DNA from: Geosiphon pyriformis uo1
Lineage: Eukaryota; Fungi; Glomeromycota
Assembly: GCA_016748015.1 (NCBI GenBank)
Contig: JAAOMT010000597.1
Location: forward strand, 372,001 to 436,000
DNA length: 64,000 bases
Direction of reading: 5' to 3'
The notes beneath the pieces were generated by a model. The model searched no databases and was not told the DNA's origin. It saw nothing but the letters and a program-made list of their open reading frames with translations. Each line of letters begins with the position of its first letter. Position 1 is the first letter of the stretch. This document shows positions 24,713 through 37,020 of this stretch, piece after piece. Position numbers and translations under genes: made by a program.

Positions 24713-25273
24713 GTAGCTAATCAATTTCGAAATGTTAATTGGGTTTTGGGGATTTTCCAAGTGCAATAATTAAAGAATTTGGTTTTTCGAATTATTTGAT
24801 ATTTATTTCTTTTTGTGTGTATAAGAACAGTTTTTAAGAGATAAATCTAAAGTAAGATACATTTTCTCGAAGAGAGAAGCTCTTCTTTTATACAACTTGT
24901 TGTAACACTATTCTATGAACTTGAACTTTGCTATTTTCTACAATTTCGCTGAACTAAAGATACATTTTGGCGAACTACAAGTTATTTTGGCAAACTATTA
25001 GATATTTTCGGTGAACTATCAATTATTTCAGCGAATTTCTACAAATTTTGGCAAACTTCTGAATGTTACATAGTTCGGGGTATTGCATGATTGATCATCG
25101 CAATTAGGTTACATTTGTGTTGTGTACAATTTGAGTTATTAATTAAATGATAATTTCAGACATTTTTGCTAATATAATAAGTGATCATTTGGAATGATAA
25201 TATATGCTAATTAATGATAGGAATTATAAAATAATTTCATGCTAAATAATATCTCTAATTTCGTCTGGTAACA
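24713..25273 (-). repeat. 5' LTR of D (partial)
   Basis: Near-identical to 16860-17396. Confidence 0.95.
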
Positions 25274-27283
25274 ATGCCATCACTATAAGAGACATGTATC
25301 TATTCCCCAAAATTAGTGCAATACTAAATAAATTCAATGGTACTGCTTTCTTCTCAACCATTGACTTAATTGCTAAATTCTGGCAAGTAGAGATAGATCT
25401 AAAAAGCAGAAAAAAAACTGCTTTTATTACCAAGTATAGCATCTATGAATTTACAGCTATGTCTTTTGGTTTTACTAATGCCCCTTTCATCTTTCAATAC
25501 CTAATGAACAAAGTGTTTGAATTAGTAAAAAAAACTTTGTTCTAGTCTACTTAGACGATATAATAGTATATTCAAAAACCTGGGATAAATATTTTAAACA
25601 CTTGCAAAAAGTTTTTGATCTGTTTAAAAATGCTGGTCTCAAGATAAACTTAATTAAATCTTTCTTTGGATGTTAATCCACCCAGTTTCTTGGTCATCTT
25701 ATTATAAAAAATAAAATTTTCTCTGATCCAACTAAGGTTGAAAAAGTCCAGAACATTAGACAATCAATAAATGTTTTTGAATTATGCTTTTTTCTTGGTT
25801 TGGCTTCTTACTATCACAAATTTATCAAAAATTTCTCCAAAATTGTCTTTCCTCTCAATCAGCTACTTAGAAAAAATGTCAATTATCACTAAAGCACTCA
25901 TCAACAAAAAGCTTTTGAAATTCTGAAAAAAAAACTTGTTACTAAACCAATTCTTAAGCAACCTGATCTAAACCAACTTTTTATCTTTTATACTGATATA
26001 TCTGGTTATAGACTTAGTACTGTTCTCTCACAAAAAGATGAAGATGGCAGAGAACATGCTATAGCATATGTTAGTAGATTCTTTATACCAGCAGAGAAGA
26101 ACTATTTAGTAACTGAACAAGAATACTTAGCAGTAGTTTAGACTACTAGTTACTGAGATCAATATCTTCTTGGTGTGAAATTCTTAGTAATAACAAATCA
26201 TCAAGTCTTGGTTTGGCTGTACAATAAAAAAAAGCTAAAACACAAATAAATAACCTACTAGATACTTCATTTGGATGAATTCGACTATGATATTCAATAC
26301 TACAAAAAAGCAAATCATCAAAACGCTGATATTTTTTCTAGACTTACTATCTAGTAACAGTACAAGCTTCTTAAACCAATCTATCTTAATTATTAGTAAC
26401 TCCTCTTTTAACAAACACAATAATAGACTTGAACAACTACTCTGCCTTAATAGAATTTTTGGATAAAGAACAATACCCACCAGAATACACTTAACAGCAA
26501 AATGAACATTTGCACAAACAATTAAATTTCTATTTGATCTGTTAAAACCAATTATATAAAAGAAACAGAAAAAATCTTGACCACCTCTAGAAAGTCATAA
26601 GATTTAAAAAAAGAGAAATTGTGATCTACAACATGCATACTAATCCATTAGCTAGACACTTTGGAAAAACAAAAACAATTCAGAAAACTTTACTATTATT
26701 GGCCTATCTTGGGAAAGAATATTATTGAATATATTAAAACCTGTGACATTTGCCAAAGAAGAAGCAAACCCAATTGCAAAGAAAATATCTATTCAATTTC
26801 TGTGGATCAACTATTTGACAGAATTGATATAGATGTTGTTAAATCTTTAACAATAACTTCTGATGACAACAAATATATTATTACATATTGACTATCTTAC
26901 AAAGTGAGTAAAAGCAAGAATCACTCCAGACCAAACAGCAGTTTTAATAGCCAATTTCATTTATAAAGATATTATTTGTTATCATGGCTACTCCAAAGAA
27001 CTTTTATCTAATAAAGAAAAAGCTTTTCTCAGTACACTGATTAAAGAACTTTGCAGAAAAATGGGAATATATTATAAACTTTCTTCTTCTTACTACCCTC
27101 AAACAAATGGCCTAGTAAAACGTTTTAATAGAACACTATGTAAAATCTTAGCCAAAACCAATAAAGAAACAAACTTATAGGACAAAATACTGCCTTCAAC
27201 TTTGTTTGCTTATAGAACTGTAAATTATAATATAACAAGTTATAAATCTTTTTATTTGCTTTATGGACATATGGCAATACTAC
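25274..27283 (+). pseudogene. C RT-RNaseH (stop 26355-26357) and integrase N-part (from 26423)
   Basis: YLDD near 25550; HTNPLARHF..CDIC; homologous to G. Confidence 0.88.
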
Positions 27284-27947
27284 TGTTACAGGTTGGAGTA
27301 ACAAGCTAATGGATAACAAGGGAGAACAGAATTGTAGGGTGATAGAAATAATCAAAGATGAATTCAACTTTAAAGAGTGAATTGAATGAGTATGGATTCA
27401 ATGTGTGAGATCAGTTTCATAAAATATCTCAGTCACTATTCTTTTCAAAGGTAACTGGAGAATTTGAAGGTAGAGGAATAGTCTGTACTGTCAACAATTA
27501 ATCATCACTAGTATAATTCTATGCCTCACATCAGCACTCTTAGAATTTAATATCAGGTATCAACTTGTGCTTTTCAGTTACGTTTATTCAAATAATCTTT
27601 AAATACTTCATTTAATCATTTCAGAAAAAGGCAGATAAACACCAACAAGAAATCTTTTATCCAAAAGATGTTCAGATACTTGAAGGTAAGGAAAGAAAAA
27701 TTAGTGATAAAAGAATGTTTGAGATAAAAGTTGTTTTATTATATTTCTTTAATTATTGGAACATACATTTTTATAGCTAAGAGACTTATTGCTTATATAG
27801 CTATGAAAAGTGGTCAACAATCAGATCAATGATCAAGTCAATGATCAGGTCAATGATTACTATCTAAAAATAAGTTGGCTAATTATATGACATCAGTAGC
27901 TAATACATGTTGTTAACTAATAAAAACTATGAGTTTCAACCATAACA
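27284..27947 (-). repeat. 3' LTR of E (664 bp; 4 x 12-bp units at 27813-27860)
   Basis: TGTTAC..ATAACA; matches 34279-35002. Confidence 0.95.
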
Positions 27948-28573
27948 TCATTTTCTTCAAAAAAATTGAGCTCCGGCAAAATCAAACTATTTATGGGATA
28001 TTCTAATTAAAGGGTTTTATCTAACTCAAAACTAACTAGTTTGTTAAAGTCTTTTGTGGATAAAATGTATAGTACTTAAGGCGAAATGAGCTTTGTATCC
28101 AAGAGACCAAACTTTTGTATAAGAGTTTTGGCTCTTCTGGCAATAGTCAAAACTCTTAGAACATCCAACCATATAATGCCCAAAATTTCCACTTGTATCT
28201 CAGAAGTTGTTTTCTTCATGAGCTTTATGTCTTCTATGATTTTACCAAGATGACCATAGAGCTCTAGTTGTCTTCCATATAACAAGTTTTTGTCTATGGG
28301 CAAGATTTTTTTAATCATTTTTCCAATTGTGGTGGAAGATACAAGTATTGCTGCTATTATGCTTTCCAACAGATACTTATCTATTTTGCTACCAATTCTT
28401 TCTCTTCTGGTAGTTGTTTTCTTTGGTCTGATAACAGTATGAGTTCTACTGTTGTCAGTTATTGTGGTCTGTTTTCCAATAGTCAGGGTAGCATTTGAAT
28501 AGTTTTTGATCCAATACTCATAGAAAATATAGAAAGCATTTTGAATGTTTTGATCCAGAAAATAATTGTTCAT
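27917..28573 (-). pseudogene. ORF3 of E (219 codons), ends inside the LTR
   Basis: MNNYFLDQNIQNAFY...; same 657-bp span in C (36364-37020) and G (44118-44774). Confidence 0.85.
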
Positions 28574-28614
28574 GTCAATTGAAAATACCTCTGTTTTGGG
28601 AATGGTGCATTTAT

Positions 28615-29927
28615 TTATACTTGGTTTTTGCTGATCATTTGGATCAGTATTACCACAACTGGTAACCAATTAGATCATTTGTAATATTTCTTAAGTCATA
28701 TGCTATAAACAAGATGATCATTAAAGATTGTTTTGGATTGATCTTGAAGAATATAAGAATCATTGTTCAAACTTTGTTGACTATAAAGGAACCTTTCTAT
28801 CAGCTAGAGAATTTATTACTATAGACATTGTCTTTGTCTAAGCGGTATTCCAAAATTAAGTCTCCAACACTTAAAAAAAGTGTTTTATAAGTTTTCTTCT
28901 TTTTAAGCTTTTCTTGGAACTGTTTTATTTTTTCAAAGGCAATTATTTGTGCTTCTACAAGTGAGTCAAAAATGGTACCAAGTTTCCTTTGCAAAATGTT
29001 TTTGTAATTCCCTATTGTAATCTCTTCAAAAAGTATTGTCTCAATATTAGTTTTTATTGGTAGTGTTGTTATTCATCCATAGAGCAAATAAAAAAGTTCA
29101 TAACTTGTTATGTCATAATTCACAGTTCTATAAGCAAACAAAGCTGAAGACAGTACTTTGTCTCATAAATTTGTTTCTTCACTTGTTTTGGCTAGGGTTT
29201 CACACAGTGTTCTATTGAAACGTTCCACTAGGCCATTTGTTTGGGGATAATAAGGGGAAAAAAGTTTGTGACATATTTATATTTTTCTACAAAGTTCTTT
29301 AATCAGTGTACTGAGAAAAGCTCTTCCTCTATCAGATAATAGTTCTTTGGGGCAGCCATGACAACAAATAATATCTTTATAAATGAAATTGGCTATTAAG
29401 ACTGCTGTTTGATCTGGGATGGCTCTTGTTTCTACTCACTTTGTAAGATAGTTGGTAGCTGTGATGATGTATCTGTTGCCATCAGGAGTTACTGTTAAAG
29501 ATCTAACAACATCTATACCAATTCTGTCAAATGATTGACCAACAGAAATTGGATGGATATCTTCTTTGCGATTGGGTTTTTTTCTTCTTTGGCAGGTATT
29601 ACAGATTTTAATGTATTTAGCAATGTCTTTTCCCAAGGTAGGCCAATAATAGCGAGCTAAGATTTTCTGAATTGTTTTTGTTTTTCCAAAGTGTCCAGCT
29701 AATGGATCAGTGTGCGTATTGTAGATTACAATTTCTCTTTCTTCAAATCTTATGACTCTTTGGAAACAGTCAGGATCTTTTTTATTTCTTTTGTATAACT
29801 GGTTCTGGTAAATCAAATAGAATTTTGATTGTTTGCACAAATGTTCTCTTTGCTGTTGATTGTATTTCAGTGGGTATTGTCCTTTACCCAAAAATTTCAT
29901 TAAAACAGAGTAGTTGTCCAAGTCCAT
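28615..29927 (-). pseudogene. Integrase of E, own ATG (MDLDNYSVLMKFL)
   Basis: HTDPLAGHF..CNTC, FDRIGIDVV, LLSDRG, QTNGLVERF. Confidence 0.9.
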
Positions 29928-29992
29928 TATTGTGTTTGTTTGTAGGAGAGTTACTAATAATTAGTTTGGTTTGGTTTGAGATGATTGTACTG

Positions 29993-32686
29993 TCACTTGG
30001 TGGTAAGTCTGAAGAAAGCATTGGCATTTTAATGATTAGCTTCTTTGCGATGTTGAATATCATAGTTGAATTTGTCCAAGTAGAGTATCTAGTAAGTTAA
30101 TCTTTTGTGTTCTAGCTTCTTTTTGTTGTGCAGCCAAACCAAAGCTTGGTGATCTGTTATTACCAGGAATTTGGCACCAAGAAAATATTTGTTCTAATAA
30201 CTAGTAGCCTATACTACTGTCAGACATTTTTGTTCAGTCATTAAGTAGTTCTGCTCTGCTGGTGAAAGAGTTCTATTGGTATATGCTATAGCATGTTCTT
30301 TGCCATCTTCATCTTTCTGGAATAGAACAGCTCCAAGTCCATAGCCAGATGCATCAGTATGGAGGATGAAAGGTTGATCTAGATCAAGTTGCTTCAGAAT
30401 TGGTTCAGTAACTAGTTTTTCCTTTAGAGTTTCAAAAGTTTTTTGTTGGTGTGTGCCCCAATGGTAGTTGACGTTCTTCCTAAGTAGCTGATTAAGTGGA
30501 GCAGCTATTTTGGAGAAATTCTTGACAAATTTGTGATAATAGAAAGCCAAACCAAAGAAAGAGCATAGTTCATGAATATTCATTGGTTGTTTAATGTTCT
30601 AGACTTTTTCAACCTTAGCTGGGTCAGAAAAAATTCCATCTTTTGTGATAAGATGACCAAGGAATTGGGTGGATTGTCTTTTAAAGAAAGATTTAATTGG
30701 GTTGATCTTGAGACCTGCATTTCTGAGAAGATCAAAAACCTTTTGCAAATGTACAAGATGTTCATCCCAGGTTTTTGAGTACACTATTATATTGTCCAGA
30801 TAGACCAAAACAAAGTTTTCTTTCACTAATTCAAATACTTTATCCATTAAGTGTTGAAAGATGAGAGGGGCATTGGTGAGACCAAAAAACATGACTGTGA
30901 ATTCATAGGTGCCATACTTGGTGATGAAGGTGGTTTTTTTCCAGCTTTCTGAATCCATCTCTACTTGCCAGAATCCAGCAGTTAGATCAATGGTTGAAAA
31001 GAAAGCAGCATCTTTAAATTGGTCCAGCATTGCATCAATCTTGGGAAGTGGGTATATGTCTCTTTCAGTAATGGCATTTAATTGGTGGTAGTCAACACAG
31101 AAGCATAGGGTTCTACCTTTCTTAGATACTACTACAACTGGAAAAGCCCATTCACTCTTGGTTTTTTGTATGAATCCAAGTTCTTTTATCCGGTTTATCT
31201 TTTTCTTGATGAACTCATTATTGTGCCGATTGGATTGATATGGCTTCAAATAGATGGGGCAAGTTTCTCTGATGGTAATAGTGTGTTGTATCACATAGGT
31301 TCATCCAGGAGTATCACTTTTTTTTGAGATAACTGGGCTATTTCTTGCCAACAGATTTTCAATGTTTATCTTTCTTTCTTCTTGGGAGGATTCTCTTTGT
31401 TCTACAACTAGTGATTAGATTTCAGGTGGTTCATTTTCAAAGGACTTCTGTACTTCTTTTAATTCTTCTCTTGGTATCAAACTGATTGATTTCCAATCTT
31501 TGTAATAGATCAGGCAGGATTTGTATTTGTCACTTGGAGAATACAAGAGTTGATTGCACCAGCACCAGGCACAAGAACCATGCCACCAATAATGGTACTT
31601 GGCTTTCTTGCTAGGCTTCTGGTCAAAAGTTTTTCTTAGGATATTATAGTAGGGCCAACAGATTAGCTTGCCAATTACAATGATTCCTTCTCTGTCAGCT
31701 TTGAGATTGTCCAGTGGCTTGCCATTGCTGATGAAGGTGGTATAGGCAAGTTCAACAGTTTCTTCTTGTTCCTCTTGTTCTTCTTCTTCATCACTTTCTT
31801 TATCATCTGATTCCTCTGATTGTTCTTCTTTTTGATTCTGTTTTGGTGTTAGAGGGGTTGTCCAGTGGCGACACTTAACCACAATGAATTTTTCACCACA
31901 TCTGATGGTTAGCTTACAAAGTTTATAGTTAAGTAATGCTTTGGCTTTCTTGAGCCATTCATTTCCAACAATAATAATGTATTCCTTGGCTTCAAAAACT
32001 TCCATGTCAGTTTTAATGCTGATGCCATTGATATGGACAGGAACAGCTTTGGTTATGCCCAGATCTTTCTTCTTGTCACCATGTATATTGGTTATTGGTC
32101 AGGTGAAAGATTCATCAATCTTTCTTCCAATTGCTTCCAAAAAGTGTTTGGCAATGACACTAACAGATGATCTACTGTCCAAAATCAAGTCAATAAAATA
32201 GCCAGCCACTTGGACTTTGCAAATTAATGGGGTGACATTGCTGTTGTCAGCAAGTTCAGCTTGACAAGGGCATTTATTGATTTTTGGTGTTTTCTTCTTG
32301 GGAATTAGAGATTTGTGGAGATTTTTTCTGAATTGTGGATGAGTCATTAGTTGGCCAAAGGTAATGTGTGTAGAAGTTTCCACAAGATTTTTGACAACAG
32401 AATAAGGACCAAATTTTTGTACTATTTCTGGAGATTCTAACTTTGGAGAATTCTTAAAGACTTTAGCCTTTGGTGGCTCATTATTATTAACAGTTAATGT
32501 GAATGGTTTATTTGGATCTAAAACGAAATCAACCTTGGCTTTCTTCTTTTTCCTTGTTAATTCTGAGGTGTTAATTGCTAGTTCATCTATGTTATGGTCA
32601 TTATCAGTTAAGTTAAAAACATAAAAAGGGTTTTTTTCTGGTTGGCTTGCACTTTTACCCTTTGGAGGTGTGCCTACCAGTTTAAA
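29993..32686 (-). pseudogene. pol of E (PR, acidic+Cys insert, RT, RNaseH; no dUTPase)
   Basis: LILDSRSS, YLDN, HTDASGYGLGAVL. Confidence 0.92.
32638..32686 (-). promoter_or_regulatory. Putative -1 ribosomal frameshift signal (T TTA AAC plus stem-loop)
   Basis: Heptamer in the gag frame; the -1 frame opens into pol; also at 14835-14841 and 40016-40022. Confidence 0.75.
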
Positions 32687-34226
32687 GGCTGGTAAACTGT
32701 GGCTTCAACTAGGGGATTCTCTCCAAAGAAATTAATGTTGGCATGATTGGGTCTTTGATTGGGGACATTGTTGTTATTGATTCTGTTGTTCTGATTGTCA
32801 TTGTTTCTAAGAACTGGAGGAGGCAAAGGAGGATTGTTGCAATCTCTGAAGAAATGTCCAGTTAATCCACATCTATAACACACAGGAGGGCCACAATTTT
32901 GCTGTCTTTGATAAAGAGGTTGCTGGGGCTGATTAAAACGGTTTTCAAATCTGGGTTTTTGTGGTTGCTAGTTATTTCTGACTGCTTGGGCTAATGGTTC
33001 TAATAGTTGAGCAAAATTTGCTGTAAGTCTATCTATTAATTGTTTATTTGAATCTTGTGTCTGGGCAGCAAAAGAAGTAGCAGCCATTTAAGGAATAGGA
33101 GCCATAACAAAAGCAGAAGCAAAAACTGGAAGTGTGGATCCCAAATGCATTCTTTGATTGTCTTCAATTCTTTGGGCGAGTTCAATGGCCATATCCATGG
33201 TGGGATTATTTTTTAAAGCCAAGAAAGGCCAAAGAGCATATAATAAATCAGTTCTCAATCTTTTTGTGAAGGAGTGGATCTTTTGCTCTTCAGTACAGTT
33301 TCTATCAGAGTCTACACACTTGATAAGTTTTCTGATTGCTTTGGCATATTTGGTCACAACTTCACCAGAACTTTGGGTTCTTTTTTCTAATTCTATACGC
33401 CATTTGGATATTAAGATGGAGGTTCTGAATTTGTTTTCAAACTGGGTAGTGAAAGAGGTGTTGTTTTCTTCAATATTTGCTGGGATCCATCTAAAAATTC
33501 TTTGTTGAGCACCAGCATTGGTTTTTTGTGAAAACCAGGTAGCAGAGGAGCCTTGGAAATAGCCACCAATGATTTGGAACTTGTATTCATCATCATACTG
33601 GTTTGCAGTGACTGTTTTTTCAAAATTGTCCAACCATTTAATTGGATCTTGGGCATTACTTCTGAATAAGAGTAGTGGTGTGTTGTTTCTTTGCCCCAAA
33701 GCAGTTTGTATGCCTTGGAGATGGCCAGAATGTTTGCTTGCATGGGATCTTGGGCCATTGGTTCAGAAGTTACTGTTTGAGTGGAATGTTCTGATTCACT
33801 TAAAAAGAAATCAAAAATAGGAGCAGTTTGATAACTTTCTTCTTCTGTTTCAAGAGAAGTTATAGTTGATTGGTGAACAGCAACCCAAATGTGTATTTGG
33901 TGATTTAGATATTCGAAATCAGGGAGCTGTTGTGTGAAAGTTGTGGAGTATAAAAGCTGATTGATGCTATTATTTCTTTCTTTAAAGTTGTCTTCAAAAT
34001 AAGCTTGGTTAAAGTAATAAGTTGTATATGCTGTATAAGTTTTAGCTGAGTGCTCATTTAAGAACCAGTTCCAAAAGTCTTGGAATTGTCTACTAGATTG
34101 TTTTTCAAAGGAAAAGCTGATCAAGCAGAAGGGCAAGGGATTGAGTTCAATAAAGTCTAGATTGTTTCTGTTGTGTGTTGCAAAGTGTTCTTCTGATTGC
34201 TGTAGCAGGTATAAATAATCACCCAT
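32674..34226 (-). pseudogene. gag of E
   Basis: QDPIKWLDNFE capsid motif; CYRCGLTGHFFRDC; ends QPLNW*. Confidence 0.9.
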
Positions 34227-34278
34227 ATAATGAGAAAATAAGTGAATTTTGACAACCTTACAGGGAGCACCACTTTTA

Positions 34279-35002
34279 TGTTATGGGTTGGAGTAACAAG
34301 TTAACGGATAGCAAGGGAGAACAGGATTGTAGGGTAATGAAAATAATCAAAGGTGAATTCAACTTTAAAGAGCAAATTGAATGAGTATGGATTTAATGTA
34401 CAAGATCAGTCTCATAAAATATCTTAGTTGCTATTCTTTTCAAAGGTAACTTGAGAATTTGAAGGTAGAGGGATAGTCTATACTGTCAACAATTGATCAC
34501 CACAGGTATAATTCTATGCCTCACATCAGCACTCTTAGAATTCAATATCAGGTATCAACTTGTGCTTTTCAGTCACATTTATTCAAATAATCTTCAAATA
34601 CTTCATTTAATCGTTTTAGGAAAAGGCAGATAAACACCAACAAGAGATTTTTTATTCAAAAAATGTTTAGATACTTGAAGGTAGGGAAAGGGAAATTAGT
34701 GATAAGAGAATGTTTGAGATAAAAGTTGTTTTATTATATTTCTTTAATTATTGGAACATACATTTTTACAGCTAAGAGACTCATTGCTTATATAGCTATA
34801 AAAAGTAGTCAACAACCAGGTCAATGATTAGGTTAATGGTCAGGTCATTGATCAGGTCAATAATCAAGTCAATGATCAGGTTAACAGTCAGGTTATTGAT
34901 CAGGTCAATAATTACTATCTAAAAAAAAGTTGGATAATTATATAACATCAGTGGCTAATACATGTTGTTAACTAATAAAAACTATGAGTTTCAACCATAA
35001 CA
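34279..35002 (-). repeat. 5' LTR of E (724 bp; 9 x 12-bp GGTCAATGATCA units at 34807-34914)
   Basis: 60 bp longer than the 3' LTR, equal to 5 extra units. Confidence 0.95.
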
Positions 35003-35371
35003 CTACCAATAGAAATTGACATTGAAACAATACTCTTTAAAAAAATCACAATAAGAAATTACAAAGACATTTTGCAAAAAAGACTTGGTACCATTCTTGA
35101 CTCCTTGATAGAAACACAAATAATTGCTTTTGAAAAGATAAAACAGTTTTAAGAAAAGCTTAAGAAAAAAAAAACTTATAAAACACTTTCTTTAAGTGTT
35201 GGTGACTTGGTATTGAAATACTGTTCAGACAGAAACAATGTTTATGGTAATAAATTTTCTAGCTGGTGAAAAGAACCCTTTATAGTCAACAATGTTTTAA
35301 ACAATGGTTCTTATATTCTTTAAGATTAATCTAGAACAATCTTCAATAATTGTTTTGTTTATGGTACATGA

Positions 35372-36237
35372 TGTTACAGGTGATTATTTGGGATCTGGAA
35401 ACAAATAACAAACCTGTAACTTGGTGCTCAATAGCTGATTAAGTTGGTACTGTCTAAAGATTTTTGTGATCTGAAGGTCTTGGATTGAAGTTCTTTGTAT
35501 AATAGACAGAAATTCAATGGTTGTTTTATCAGTAGTCTCCCAGAATTGCAATTCCATCAAATTTTTTTTTTAGCTTGATGGCCAGTTTATTCTGGTAGTC
35601 ATGCTTTTCTAGTAAGTTATCCTCAATTTTTAAGTGTTCTACCCTTGTTTTATGGGTCTTTTACCAGGCTATTTTTAATATTAATAACTCAGTGCTTTAA
35701 TTCTTAATCAATTAATATACAACAATAAAAAAAAAATAAAAAAATAAAAAAAAATAAAGAAAATAAAAGAAAATGAAAAGAAAATAAGAAATTAGTATCT
35801 TGTCAATAGTTATAATCAAGAGCTATTGTTTCAGTATAGTTAAGTATTGGATTTTATTAACATAAAATGTTAATAAATGGAAGAGTGATTAGATTCTCAA
35901 ACAAACAACAATAACATGGATTTGAAGAATTGAAAAGATATTTTATTGATATAATTTCATTTCAGTTGATAGCAACTATCTTTGAAGGGAGAAGTATTTA
36001 ATAATTATGATTTGCAAGTCTAATTGATTTCTGAAAGTCTAATTTTCTTTTTTTTAGTTTTTAATACTACTGTTATATATATATAATTGATGTTTTACGA
36101 GATTTTATGCATTTATAAACAATGTATCATAATTTTTTGAACAATGTGCTCATATGCTAAATTTTATTCTCTTATTAGTTTATTTTTTCTATCTGTTTTT
36201 CCTATTATTTTTTTTGTATTTTTTTTTATGAGTAACA
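35372..36237 (-). mobile_element. Solo LTR of family alpha in integrase of C
   Basis: TGTTAC..GTAACA; flanks ATGA/ACAA derive from ACGA, the uninterrupted site in G near 43992. Confidence 0.93.
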
Positions 36238-36363
36238 ACAACTCAAGAAATATCATAAATGACCTGATTGGTTGCCTGTTGTAATAATACTGACACAAAT
36301 AATCAACAAAAATCAAGTATAAATAAATGCATTATTCTCAAAACAGAAGTATCTTTAATTGAC

Positions 36364-37020
36364 ATGAACAATTATTTTCTGAATCAAAACATTCAAAATG
36401 CTTTCTATACTCTCCATAAGTATTGGATCAAAAACTATCCAAATACTACTCTGACCATTGGAAAACAAACCATCATAACTAATAACAGTAAAACACATGC
36501 TGTTATTAAACCAAAAAAAACCACTACCAGAAGAGAAAAAATTGGTAGCAAAATAGATAAATATCTGTTAGAAAGTATAACAGCAGCTATACTCTTATCT
36601 TTTAGCACAATTGGAAAAACAATCTAAAAAATCTTGTCTATAGACAAAAATTTGTCATATATTAAGCAATTAAAACTCTATAGTTGCTTTAGAAAAATCA
36701 TAAAGGATATGAAACTTATAAAGAAAACAACTTCAGAAATACAGGCAGAAATTTTGGGCATTATATGATTAAATGTTCTAAGAGTTTTAATTATTGCTAA
36801 AAGAGCCAAAACTCTAATACAAAGATTTGGTTTTTTGAATACAAAACTCATTTTGTTTCAAGTATTATATATTCTATTCACAAAAGACTTCAACAAACTA
36901 GTTAGCTTTGAGTTAAATAAAACTTTTCAAATAGATTACATCATGAATAGCTTGATTTTGCTGGAGCTTAATCTCTTTGGAGAGAATAATATTATAGTTG
37001 AAACCTATACTTCTTATTAA
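36364..37020 (+). pseudogene. ORF3 of C
   Basis: Homologous to ORF3 of E and G; track ORFs 36268-36627 and 36835-37020. Confidence 0.82.

Larger units (their letters stand above)
16438..25273 (-). mobile_element. Element D (family gamma, dUTPase-bearing), best-preserved copy
   Basis: LTRs 16438-17396 and 24713-25273 (partial); TSD ATGC at 16434-16437 and 25274-25277; longest ORFs and most surviving CpG. Confidence 0.96.
27284..35002 (-). mobile_element. Element E (family beta), full length, inserted antisense in integrase of C
   Basis: LTRs 27284-27947 and 34279-35002; TSD CTAC on both sides; PBS 34256-34272. Confidence 0.96.

Noticed and set aside
23909-24766. 285-aa ORF as the full gag N-terminus
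   Set aside because: It spans the N gap; the first residues come from LTR sequence
34807-34914. AGGTCA repeats as nuclear-receptor response elements
   Set aside because: The host appears fungal, and fungi lack nuclear receptors; the match is likely coincidental
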